A DNA stretch of 63,604 bases, filler included, from a bacterium (lineage in GTDB: Bacteria; JALSQH01): the NCBI GenBank assembly GCA_026985515.1. It is 10 parts of 10 records of this genome, joined end to end, with 100 filler letters (N's around TTAATTAATTAA, not from the genome) between each part and the next. Parts side by side here need not be neighbours in the genome. Positions count along the whole stretch, not along the records: positions 48,260 to 56,373 come from JALSQH010000205.1; positions 56,474 to 58,266 come from JALSQH010000209.1; positions 58,367 to 60,092 come from JALSQH010000214.1; positions 60,193 to 61,917 come from JALSQH010000215.1; 6 more parts are not named here. One strand, given 5' to 3'. Within the stretch, counting starts at the first letter, position 1. Each line of letters starts with the position of its first letter. The position numbers and the translations under genes are program-made. Below, one piece after another: positions 51,298-60,305 of this stretch. The notes under the pieces are model-generated. The model was not told the DNA's origin and did not search any database. It was given only the letters and a program-made list of their open reading frames with translations.

Positions 51298-51567
51298 TTA
51301 TCTTTGCCAGCTGATATAAAAGGAATCTATCACATAGCCGTTCATGATAACAACAATTTCCTTACCGTAATACCATTTTTCGACCTGAAGAGTTCCCACC
51401 GGTCCGATTTTTTTATCAGGTTCTCCTTTTTCCTTCAGTACTTCCTCCACTCTGGTACCGGTCTTGAATTCCCCGTCCCATGTTACAGGTACTCCCTGGT
51501 TTGCGATGAGAGGTGAGTAAAAAAACAGTACAAAAATAAAACTCAAAATAAAAAAAATCTTTTTCAT
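51298..51567 (-). CDS. Small exported protein (SmpA/DUF2845-like)
   Basis: Signal MKKIFFILS..; GT..EEVL..KGEPD..EKWYY. Confidence 0.65.
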   Translation of the reverse strand: MKKIFFILSFIFVLFFYSPLIANQGVPVTWDGEFKTGTRVEEVLKEKGEPDKKIGPVGTLQVEKWYYGKEIVVIMNGYVIDSFYISWQR

Positions 51568-51635
51568 ATTTCTCCCCCTTTTGGTGAATTTTATCATAAG
51601 TGAAGCTGTTTCTCAAATTCGGAGAGTTTATTCTT

Positions 51636-51810
51636 TTTCCCATTTTTCCTCTTTTGCTATAGTATATCCATAAAGAAGATTCTCTATGGCATTGCCAATT
51701 ATGATTTACTGAAGAGGGATAATTACTATTTTGGGGATAAAACTCATTTTATTCCAGAACTGGAGGAGCTTGGCAGTCGTTATCTCTTCTTTCTCCGTCC
51801 CTGCAGGTTT
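51636..51810 (+). pseudogene. Truncated 5' fragment of an AAA-ATPase-like gene (paralog of 46562)
   Basis: 51670-51810 matches 46562-46702 at 129/141 nt plus upstream promoter similarity; ATG changed to ATA, TATAAT to TATAGT; ends at Walker A. Confidence 0.92.
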
Positions 51811-52150
51811 GTTCATTTCCCCCCCTTTTTCGACCTTCTGTCCCTCCGTTTAATGTGACTCCGCGGCAGTGAGTTCATTTGCATAAATCACTTTCACAGC
51901 CGACCCGATGGGGGGCTCCGCAAAAGGGATGTTTTCCTCTGCGGGCATTCCACGATTGCTCCGCCTTTACCCCATCGTGTCTGTCTCCGTCACAAACCAC
52001 TCCGGGACAGAAGGTCTCCACCCGCCCTGAAGGTTTATTCACTTTCCCCCTTTTCCGACCTTCTGTCCCTCCGTTAAGTGTGACTCCGTGGCAGTAGCTT
52101 CACTTGAATAACCCACTTTCACAGCCGACCCAATGGGGGGCTCCGCAAAG
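51796..52150. repeat. Structured non-coding repeat, tandem copies B (partial) and C, period about 226 bp
   Basis: CCCTG(C/A)AGGTTT at 51799 and 52025; 13-bp IR 52004-52016/52057-52069; GTCACA/TGTGAC outer IR; ten CTCCG in 51793-52145. Confidence 0.9.
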
Positions 52151-52224
52151 CGGTGGATAAAGAGCAACGAGAATTAGTAAGATTTTTGTTAAGCTGGTAA
52201 AATTACAGTGGAAGGAGGTATGAG

Positions 52225-52422
52225 ATGGAAACGAAAGTGAAAGATCTTACTGTTTCTGAATTAAAATCCTTGATAGAGGAAACAATCAGGGAAACTCTTG
52301 AGAATTTAGTCGAAGATTTGATTGCCCTTTCAAGTAAAGAGTATCTAAGCTCTATTGAAGAGGCAAGAAGTGATTATAAGAAGGGTAAAGTAAAAGAACT
52401 TGAAGAAATCTCAGATGTATAA
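52225..52422 (+). CDS. Putative antitoxin
   Basis: Acidic 65 aa, SIEEARSDYKKGKVKEL, overlaps relE-like gene; SD AAGGAGG. Confidence 0.8.
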   Translation: METKVKDLTVSELKSLIEETIRETLENLVEDLIALSSKEYLSSIEEARSDYKKGKVKELEEISDV

Positions 52423-52663
52423 GGTTGTTTTCACGCGGCGGGCACTTAAGGATTGGGAGGGTATTGATAGGGAAGCAAAGAAGAGAATAGTGGAGAAGTT
52501 AAAGATATATTCGGAGGACCCTTTCAGGTATGCCAGGCGGCTGGTTAATCCTGAAATTGGTTCTTATAGATTCAGAATAGGAGATTACAGGGTTATTTTT
52601 GATGTTGATGGTGATAAGATAGTGGTGTTGAGAGTGGGGCACAGGAAGGATATTTACAGATAG
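52415..52663 (+). CDS. RelE/ParE family toxin
   Basis: MYKVVFTRRALKD..YRFRIGDYRVIF..VLRVGHRKDIYR. Confidence 0.92.
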   Translation: MYKVVFTRRALKDWEGIDREAKKRIVEKLKIYSEDPFRYARRLVNPEIGSYRFRIGDYRVIFDVDGDKIVVLRVGHRKDIYR

Positions 52664-52739
52664 TCCGGCTGGGAGCGGGCCTGTGGCCGGCTGTATTTTT
52701 TGTCATCACCAGAAGCTCAGTTGCAGAGAGATTGTGAAT

Positions 52740-52795
52740 CGCACCCTGCAGGTTTGTTCATTTCCTCCCCTTTCCGACCTTCTGTCCCTCCGTTT
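52740..52795. repeat. Structured non-coding repeat, partial copy D
   Basis: CCCTGCAGGTTTGTTCATTTCCTCCCCTTTCCGACCTTCTGTCCCTCCGTTT, nearly identical to 51799-51851. Confidence 0.88.
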
Positions 52796-52888
52796 TTACT
52801 CTTGCAGATATAACTCCAGGGAATATGGCTCCCATCGTGATTGAACCAGCATTTATCCCGCTATCTATCTGGTATTTAAGTATTTTTA

Positions 52889-52917
52889 TTGACTTGTGGG
52901 TATTCTGGTGCTACACT
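52889..52917 (+). promoter_or_regulatory. sigma70-type promoter with extended -10
   Basis: TTGACT (52889-52894), 17 bp, TACACT (52912-52917) preceded by TGn. Confidence 0.65.
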
Positions 52918-52982
52918 TTAGATAGAAGAAGCAAGAAGGGAGGGTTGAAATGAAAAGCTTTAAATTTCAGACACTTATCTCC

Positions 52983-53006
52983 TCATTCATTCATTCATTC
53001 ATTCAT
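52983..53006 (+). repeat. (TCAT)6 simple sequence repeat inside a 20-codon ORF (52950-53012)
   Basis: Six perfect TCAT units; SD GGGAGG-ATG 52950 reads MKSFKFQTLISSFIHSFIHW*. Confidence 0.92.
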
Positions 53007-53035
53007 TGGTAAATCTTCAGGGTAGCGAGAGGGTT

Positions 53036-54763
53036 ATGGTGAGGTTCCGATATATATCTTCTCTTACGATTGTGTTATCACTTTTGATTTTGCTTCCTGC
53101 TATCTTTCCATCCTGTAAGGGTGAGTCTACCGATAATGGTTCATCCAATCAAACTACCTTTTCTCCTCTTTTCCACGCTCTCACCTTTGGAGGGTGGCAC
53201 AGGGTTAATCTTGAGGGCAGTTTCAATGATGGTTTTGCCCTGTATGGATGCAGAAAACTGGATGTCAAAGATACTCGTGTTGGTTCGGTGGATTTTGAAG
53301 GAGGATTGAGTTTTGATTATGATGGGAGTGTTGGGGGGATGGGAGAGATTAAGATAGAGGGAAAGAGTTTTATATCTGGGGATTTGACCTATTCTCCAGA
53401 GGGAACCTACAGTGTGGGGGGAGATGTTGATATTGAGGGGGTTGAGTATTCCTATGGAATCAGTGAGTGCCCCTGGTGGAGTTACGGTGGAGAGGTGAGC
53501 GGTGGTGGGGGTGGATATCCATTGTATCTTACTGTTTCTTCTTCGGATGAAGTGACTCTTCCTGCAGGAGAGTATCATTTTAAGAAGCTTGTGGTAAAGG
53601 GAGGATTTTCGGTTGGATATGATGAGATATTTCAGGGGTATGGTAATCGTGTATATGTGGATGAGATGTATGTGGAGGGTGGGAAGGTGGATCTTGGGCT
53701 TGGAGTGGTGATAGCGAAGAGGTATGTGGAGAATGGAGGTGAGTTTCGTGGGAGGTTGTATGGTGAGAAGGTCAGTGTGGTGGGAGGCAGAGTGATAGGT
53801 AAGGTTGTGGGTGAGGATGTATATGTTGGGGATAGTGACATTTACTGGAATGGTGAGATGATATGTAAGAGTAAAGATAAGGTGTGTAAGGTGCTAACAG
53901 CAATTTACTCCCGTGATTACTGGGAAAAAATTATTGAAGAATTTGAAAGTGTGAGTGAGGAAAGAAGCATTTTAGAGGGCACAGTTGTGAAAAATAATCT
54001 GTTTGTTAAGCGTTATGCATATCTCAGCCCTCTTTCCATGGGATATTATGTAAATTCCAGAATGGGCAAAAAGAAATTGGAAAACATTTTAGAAGTTCTT
54101 GTCAGACAGGGATATTCTATGGGAGGATATGGCGTTGAAGATTATCGCCAGCCTGATGAATATTATCTCTCTACTTTCACTGCCTTGAATATTTATTCAC
54201 ATGACCCTGATGAGGCACCAGGTAATTTGTGGAGGTTATTTAGATTATTCTATGGTTCCGGAATTGAGGTTGTTTACTATGGAGTGGTTACATCTCCAGT
54301 TTATATTTACTCGCTCGGGGAACTGGTGAAGGAGAGAAAACAGGAAGGTTGTAGTTATCCAGATGGTATTACCAGTGACACTTTTCAGTATGGGTATGAT
54401 GATAGATTTTATAATCCCTGTGAAGATGTTTTTTACCGGGAGGGATGGGGTGCCTGGATTGGGATTATGCATCTGTTTTTTGATATAAGAAAGGATCTAA
54501 CAGATGATATTAAGGAGAAGTTTAAGGAGGAAGAGGGAAAATATGGTGTCCTTTCACCGATCCTGTATGATTTTCATTTTTCAGATAGTGACGATCTTCT
54601 GGGAGTTATTTTTCCACGAAAGGTCACAGAGGACTGGATAGAAGCACATGAAATTTCATTTTATTTTCCACTCTTAAAAGACCTTGCAAAAATCAAAGGG
54701 TTTGAGAATGCTCATTTTGGTGGGGAAGGGGAGATTAAGTTGACTCTTTCTTCCTCTTATTGA
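53036..54763 (+). CDS. Hypothetical lipoprotein with Gly/Val-rich beta-solenoid-like region
   Basis: MVRFRY..LLILLPAIFPSC lipoprotein-like signal; frame open from about 53006. Confidence 0.75.
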   Translation: MVRFRYISSLTIVLSLLILLPAIFPSCKGESTDNGSSNQTTFSPLFHALTFGGWHRVNLEGSFNDGFALYGCRKLDVKDTRVGSVDFEGGLSFDYDGSVGGMGEIKIEGKSFISGDLTYSPEGTYSVGGDVDIEGVEYSYGISECPWWSYGGEVSGGGGGYPLYLTVSSSDEVTLPAGEYHFKKLVVKGGFSVGYDEIFQGYGNRVYVDEMYVEGGKVDLGLGVVIAKRYVENGGEFRGRLYGEKVSVVGGRVIGKVVGEDVYVGDSDIYWNGEMICKSKDKVCKVLTAIYSRDYWEKIIEEFESVSEERSILEGTVVKNNLFVKRYAYLSPLSMGYYVNSRMGKKKLENILEVLVRQGYSMGGYGVEDYRQPDEYYLSTFTALNIYSHDPDEAPGNLWRLFRLFYGSGIEVVYYGVVTSPVYIYSLGELVKERKQEGCSYPDGITSDTFQYGYDDRFYNPCEDVFYREGWGAWIGIMHLFFDIRKDLTDDIKEKFKEEEGKYGVLSPILYDFHFSDSDDLLGVIFPRKVTEDWIEAHEISFYFPLLKDLAKIKGFENAHFGGEGEIKLTLSSSY

Positions 54764-54859
54764 GTATCAGATAGTTCTGGAAGAGGAAAATTGTACTCTC
54801 TTTCCCTTGACACCTGTTCATAAGAACCCGATAATAGAGTAAAAAAGGGAAAAACAGAG

Positions 54860-55564
54860 ATGGCTGGCAGATTTGTTGTGGAATTGAGGAATGTGAGTAA
54901 GGTGTATACTCCGGGAAAGGTTGAGGTTGTTGCTTTGAGAAATGTATCTCTTGTCATAGAGAGGGGGGAATTTACAGCTATAGTGGGACCTTCTGGTAGT
55001 GGTAAAACAACCCTTCTAAATTTAATGGGGTGTCTTGATGTTCCCACTTCCGGGGATGTGCTGCTTGAAGGTATTCCCCTCAGGAACAGGAGCAGAGGCG
55101 AGCTTGCGGACCTCAGGAGAGATTACATAGGGTTTGTCTTTCAGACATTCAACCTCATTCCTGTTCTCACCGCCTTTGAAAATGTTGAATTTTCACTCAG
55201 TATCAAAGAATCGGAACTCGACAGGAGAGAGAAAAGGGTAAGGGTGCTTAAAATCCTTGAGAGGGTTGGATTGAAGGGCCTTGAGAACAGAAAGCCAGGG
55301 GAAATGTCGGGTGGGCAGCAACAGAGAGTCGCCATTGCAAGGGCACTTGTCAAGGAACCTGCACTGGTTCTTGCAGATGAACCCACTGCTAATCTTGATT
55401 CAAAAACTGGCAGGTCAATAATGGAATTGATGAGGGATCTCAACGAGAAAAATGGAGTTACATTTGTGTTTTCAACACATGATGAGATGGTGATGGATTT
55501 TGCGAGAAGAATTGTGAAGCTCCACGATGGGGAGATCGTGGAGGATATCAGTAAGGTGAAATGA
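54860..55564 (+). CDS. ABC transporter ATP-binding protein (LolD/MacB-like)
   Basis: GPSGSGKT, SGGQQQRV, LADEPTANLD. Confidence 0.93.
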   Translation: MAGRFVVELRNVSKVYTPGKVEVVALRNVSLVIERGEFTAIVGPSGSGKTTLLNLMGCLDVPTSGDVLLEGIPLRNRSRGELADLRRDYIGFVFQTFNLIPVLTAFENVEFSLSIKESELDRREKRVRVLKILERVGLKGLENRKPGEMSGGQQQRVAIARALVKEPALVLADEPTANLDSKTGRSIMELMRDLNEKNGVTFVFSTHDEMVMDFARRIVKLHDGEIVEDISKVK

Positions 55565-56373
55565 TAGGAGAAGTTCTCCTTCTCTCCTACAGAAATCTCT
55601 GGAGACATCCAAGAAGAACGATAATTACCTCAATAGCCATAGGCATTGGGATCGCCGCTCTGATCTGGATTCACAGCATGTTAAAATGGGCAAATGATAA
55701 GTCTGTTAGAAATCTTATTGAGTATGAAACTGGTAATTTCACCATAATGAGGAAAGATTATAAAAAGGAGAGGGAAGATTTTCCCGTGGATAAAGCCATG
55801 AGCAGAGAAATTGTTGATAAAGTTATGAAAATAGCGAAGGAGATCTCATGCTATGCGGCGCCAAGGACCGCCTTTATGAGCGTTGTCAGTTTTAACAGGG
55901 GATTTGGATTACCCTATGTGGTTTACGCCATTGATCCTGCTCTTGACTCAAAAGTTTTTAAAATAAAAGAATCTATCGTTGAAGGGAAATATCTTAATGA
56001 AAACAGCGATGGAATTCTCATAAGTTCCACACTGAAGGATCAATTGGGTGTTAAACTGGGTGATTACATAACGGTTGAAACAAGAACCAGATACAACACA
56101 TATCAGGTCCTCATGCTGAAGGTGACCGGTATATATGAGACACCTGATCCTGTGGTTGATATGAATCAGTTATTTATAACACAAAAAGTTGCGGAGGGAC
56201 AGTTGCAGATGGAAGGCTCCTCCACAATGATAGCCTTCAGATCACCTGATGAGAGGGATGAACCATATCTGACAGAGGTGAAGAGGTTACTTTCCAGAAA
56301 AGGGCTCAGCAATCTTTCCATTCTAACATGGAGAGAGTATGGAAAAGATTATCTTGCCGCCAGTGAAGGTGAT
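55561..56373 (+). CDS. ABC transporter permease (LolC/E, FtsX-like), 3'-partial
   Basis: RNLWRHPRRTIIT, TM, LGVKLGD, TWRE. Confidence 0.88.
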
Positions 56374-56473
56374 NNNNNNNNNNNNNNNNNNNNNNNNNNN
56401 NNNNNNNNNNNNNNNNNTTAATTAATTAANNNNNNNNNNNNNNNNNNNNNNNNNNNNNNNNNNNNNNNNNNNN
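56374..56473. other. Artificial contig linker
   Basis: N44-TTAATTAATTAA-N44. Confidence 0.98.
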
Positions 56474-56943
56474 GCCACCGAGTCCTCTTCCGGATAATAC
56501 CACACATACCTCTCCTCACTGAGAGGCAAATCTTTATTGAAGGTTAGATAAACCCATCCTCTTCCACCATCAACGGGATCAATTACCTCTATCTCCAACC
56601 ACTTTCCCTCTGCATCAATTCTGCATCTGTCACCAGTGTCCTTCACCATAAAGACGAGTTCATCCTGATCATCAAAAATTCCATTCCCCCTTTCCCCCTC
56701 CGGTCCATCAGGTAAAAGGTATCTGTTATTTTTTCTTTCATCCACCTGAAAGGGAATGGGAATCAGTTTCCCATCACTACAGGCAAACAACCTGAAGTCT
56801 GATATTTTACTTCCAGCAAGAGGTGTTCCCGATGGGGTGATAATAATGTGCTCAATATCTCTCTTCAAAGTCCTGTGCTCAATCACTTTAAAACTATTCA
56901 CCTGACCTGTTGAAAACAGCAATAGCACTACCAGTTTTAACAA
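56474..56943 (-). CDS. Exported hypothetical protein, 3'-partial
   Basis: Signal-like N-terminus; IPFQVDER..DELVFM..GWVYL. Confidence 0.7.
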
Positions 56944-57733
56944 ACATTCCCTCCTCTATATCTCTATGAACTCTCGCATTCTGAGCTATGGAAATAATTG
57001 TTGATCCCATACCAAAAAATCCAAGTTCCTCGCCCTTTCTAACCCTTTCATTCAAACTGAACTCCAGTTTCCTCTTCCCGAAAAGTCTGTTTGTAACAAG
57101 GGAAGGAAGCAGATTTATGTGAATTTCACCCACAGCAGAGGCGCCCACAATAGCAAGGGCAACTTTTCCATATTTACTCTCAATTATTACCACCACCCTT
57201 TCATTCAAAGCGTAAAGTCCCGGAATCTTTTTCTCGGCAGAAGGATTCACAGGAAATATGGTTCCCGGGTAGTAAATAATTTTTTTCACAGTGCCAGACA
57301 CAGGATAATGAAATCTGTGGTAATCTCCAGGTCGCAAATAATGGGTAATGTAAACCCCATTTTCAAACTCCTCTGCATTCTCCCCACCGATTAGTTCCGA
57401 AAGAGTGTATCTGTGCCTCTTTGCCTGGAGAAGCATTCCCCCCTCAATTCTCCCGCTGTCCCTTATCACACCATCACAGGGAGAAGAAATGATCAGAGGA
57501 TTGGGAGAAAAAGTTCTCACCCCTTCTTTTAACCGCCTGGTGAAAAAGGAATAGAGAGAATGGTATCTCTCAAGAGGTAACTCTGCCTCGTCAAGATTAA
57601 CTCCAAACTTCTCTGCATAGAGATTGAGAAGAAGAACATTAAAAGGTGCTGGAAGGTAAATACGGGAAAAGAAACTGGCACCCTTACTGTAAAGATGAAA
57701 AAGATAACTGGCAAGCTCAATTAACCCCTTCAC
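56894..57733 (-). CDS. psd: Phosphatidylserine decarboxylase proenzyme
   Basis: FFTRRLK, SPCDG, YLRPGDYHRFH, NER, VGA, GMGST cleavage site. Confidence 0.92.
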   Translation of the reverse strand: MKGLIELASYLFHLYSKGASFFSRIYLPAPFNVLLLNLYAEKFGVNLDEAELPLERYHSLYSFFTRRLKEGVRTFSPNPLIISSPCDGVIRDSGRIEGGMLLQAKRHRYTLSELIGGENAEEFENGVYITHYLRPGDYHRFHYPVSGTVKKIIYYPGTIFPVNPSAEKKIPGLYALNERVVVIIESKYGKVALAIVGASAVGEIHINLLPSLVTNRLFGKRKLEFSLNERVRKGEELGFFGMGSTIISIAQNARVHRDIEEGMFVKTGSAIAVFNRSGE

Positions 57734-57779
57734 AAACCAAAATTATAGCAGTTGAGAGTAATTTTGCAATTATTTTGAT

Positions 57780-58266
57780 TTAATCCTCCACCTCCTCCTG
57801 ATTCACTGGCAGTGGTAATAAACCAATGTCAATTTTCAAAGTAATCCGGGCAAGCTATACTTCTATCTCACAAAAAAACCTGCCCCCTCAATATCATCCA
57901 GCAAACCCCAGTAATTTATCAATACGCAGTTAATCACCCCATTTATCTCAATCTACTCCAGCACCTTCTCATCCGTTACTCCATCCATGGATGGTTTGCA
58001 GCTGGCCGGAAATGTTTTTCCATCAACCTTCAAAAATCCCCACATGGTGGGCTCCTGCCAGTCAAAATAAACAAGCATGAAACCTCCAGGATAATATGGA
58101 GGCTTTAATCCATCTGTACATTCATCACCTCATTGCTCCTTTGAAACCTCAAAGTAATAATGTCCGGCTCTTGTGACTGGAGAATAATACCTCGCTCCAG
58201 TAGAGATATCAGAAAAAGCAAAAAAACCAAGCGGCCCGGTAAACTCATATACATCAGTATCATACA
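57780..58266 (-). pseudogene. Interrupted hypothetical coding sequence (5'-partial)
   Basis: Protein-like frame YDTDVYEF..KEQ*GDEC..KVLE*IEING..FFVR* with in-frame TGA (58130-58132) and TAGs (57953-57955, 57863-57865). Confidence 0.55.
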
Positions 58267-58366
58267 NNNNNNNNNNNNNNNNNNNNNNNNNNNNNNNNNN
58301 NNNNNNNNNNTTAATTAATTAANNNNNNNNNNNNNNNNNNNNNNNNNNNNNNNNNNNNNNNNNNNN
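58267..58366. other. Artificial contig linker
   Basis: N44-TTAATTAATTAA-N44. Confidence 0.98.
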
Positions 58367-59124
58367 CCCATCACTATTATTCCTCCGGGGTGTGATCCAA
58401 AGTGACAGATTGATACAGCTTTCACATAGTCAGAGGGTATTCCAACAAAACCCGGGTATCTTCTAACAAAATCCCTTGTAACAAGGTAATCTGCTGTGGC
58501 TATAACCCCTTTTTTTGCAGCAAAGGCCAGGAGAGGTGACTCCCCTCTCGGCGGCGGCAGGAGAAGATTCCCCTCTTCATCTGTAGCAATGGCATGAACA
58601 AATACCCAGTCAGGCTGGTACTTCCTGATCAGAATCTGGGAACTCTCACCCTCAATTTCCCTTACCAGTTTTTTCTCTTTGAGATCATTGAAAAGTGAGG
58701 ACCTGATCAGGGAATTTGTAGGTATCCACTCCCAGTTAAATGCTCCCGCAAGTAATCTCAGCGGTAGAGTCAGCATGCTCCAGTTTTCAACTTTCAGAGA
58801 ACCCTGCTGAAATTTTCTCTGGATAATAGGGCTGGGACCAGGTGTGGGATAACCCTCTCCAAGAAAGGTGGTAATTGCTGTATCAATCAGATCACAGTGG
58901 AATAGAGTCAAAGATGTGTTTATGAGCCCCGCCATTGAAACATTGAATTTAACATTTTTTCCACAAAAATCTTTAACAATTTGCATGATTAATCGTAATG
59001 GGGCTGCATTGATTGTGGAAAAGTGAATGGTGTCACCACTGGAAAGAAACTCTTTTATGATTGAAGAAATTGGCTTAATTTTACTGACATTTTTGCTTTT
59101 TTTTATAAACTTTTCCCGCATCAT
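58367..59124 (-). CDS. CoA-transferase subunit A (glutaconate CoA-transferase-like), 3'-partial
   Basis: VENWS..RLLAGA..IPT.SL..S, PDWVFVHA..DEEGN, FGSHP. Confidence 0.8.
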
Positions 59125-59142
59125 CGTCTCCTTTTTAAAGTG

Positions 59143-59171
59143 AGTATATAAAAAGTTGACAGAATAGTCAA
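59143..59171 (-). promoter_or_regulatory. Promoter of the CoA-transferase gene, with TTGAC-N6-GTCAA palindrome
   Basis: Minus strand TTGACT, 17 bp, TATACT; palindrome 59156-59171. Confidence 0.5.
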
Positions 59172-59215
59172 AGGGTTATTTTGACTTATTCCTGTACCGG
59201 AATAAAATTTCTGGT

Positions 59216-60092
59216 ATGAAAAAGATGATATTTTTCTACCCGGCCCATCTCAAGTGGAGTGAAAAATTTGCTTCAAGTATAAGACCCTTAAGATTGAGAA
59301 AGGCTTTTGAGAATGCTGGATATGTGCCACAGGTTATTTCAGGAGGAATTGATGAGAGGAGAAGTAAGCTCAGTGGAATTGATTTTTCAGAGGTTGAGTT
59401 TGCTTATGGGGAGAATTTGACTGTGCCTCTTTTTCTTGCAGATGGAAAAAAATATTTTTGGGAAAATTTTCTTTTCTGGAGCGATTTTTTTTATATTTTG
59501 AGGAGAAAAAACATTCCTTGCGGAATTTTTGTCCGCGATGTTCACTGGCTTTTTCCAGAGTTGATGAGTATAAATTATAACTTCCTTGAAAGACTTCTAA
59601 TTAAGCCTTTTTATATTCTTGAGTACTATCTTTACTACCTTTATCTTGACAGAATTTTTGTTCCTTCACTGAAGATGGCAGAGGAGATTCCAGGCTATGA
59701 GATTTTCCAGAGGAAATTTGTTGAATTACCCCCCGGGGCTGATAGTGAATTTCTAAGTCTCACTTATTCACATGGAAATCTTGATGTAATTTATATGGGT
59801 GGATTGATTGGTCATTATGATATGCCTGTTGTAGCTGAACTGATAAAAGAAAAAATGGATGGAATAAATTGGCATTTTTTTGTCAGGGAAGAGGAATGGA
59901 AATCTTTTTCTGCTAAATACAATATCTATGCTGACAGTAGGGTTAAAGTCTACTTTCTTGATAGAGATGGGATTAAAAAAAGATTAGTTAGTCTCTCACC
60001 TCTTCTTCTCTATTTCCCTGCACCTTTTTCCTACAATAAGTTTGCCCGAAGCGGTAAGGTTATGGATGCTGTGAGCTGGGGGATTCCGGTTA
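59216..60092 (+). CDS. Glycosyltransferase-like protein (GT-B), 3'-partial
   Basis: SSIRP, FVRDVHW, FVPS, LPPG, YMGG, KVMDAVSWGIPV. Confidence 0.65.
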
Positions 60093-60192
60093 NNNNNNNN
60101 NNNNNNNNNNNNNNNNNNNNNNNNNNNNNNNNNNNNTTAATTAATTAANNNNNNNNNNNNNNNNNNNNNNNNNNNNNNNNNNNNNNNNNNNN
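60093..60192. other. Artificial contig linker
   Basis: N44-TTAATTAATTAA-N44. Confidence 0.98.
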
Positions 60193-60305
60193 GCAAGTTT
60201 GGCTAATTTATTTCTGAGAATAGAGGAAGAAGAGCAAGAATCTGCGTTGAGGTGGAAAATGGTGATTGACTGTTTAATAATATTTCCCTACAATATAAGT
60301 GTGGT

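Noticed and set aside
51670-51810. ATPase duplicate as a DGR template/variable repeat pair
   Set aside because: Differences are mixed transitions, mostly synonymous and not adenine-specific, the match is at the gene 5' end, and no reverse transcriptase is present.
51989-52084. Repeat as a canonical integron attC (AAC...GTTAAGT fits GTTRRRY)
   Set aside because: The left box is not RYYYAAC, the arm register is 6 versus 3 nt with no extrahelical base, copies B and D lack GTTRRRY, and no intI is in the window.
51879-52097. 72-aa ORF inside the repeat
   Set aside because: No SD, Pro/Ser-rich translation of repeat DNA, and indels between copies break the frame.
51796-52795. Repeat as a CRISPR array
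   Set aside because: Units are far too long and divergent, with no regular unique spacers and no cas genes.
58130-58132. Selenocysteine codon
   Set aside because: No redox motif context, the hairpin loop lacks the usual G, and further in-frame TAGs and a frameshift follow. A pseudogene is the simpler explanation.
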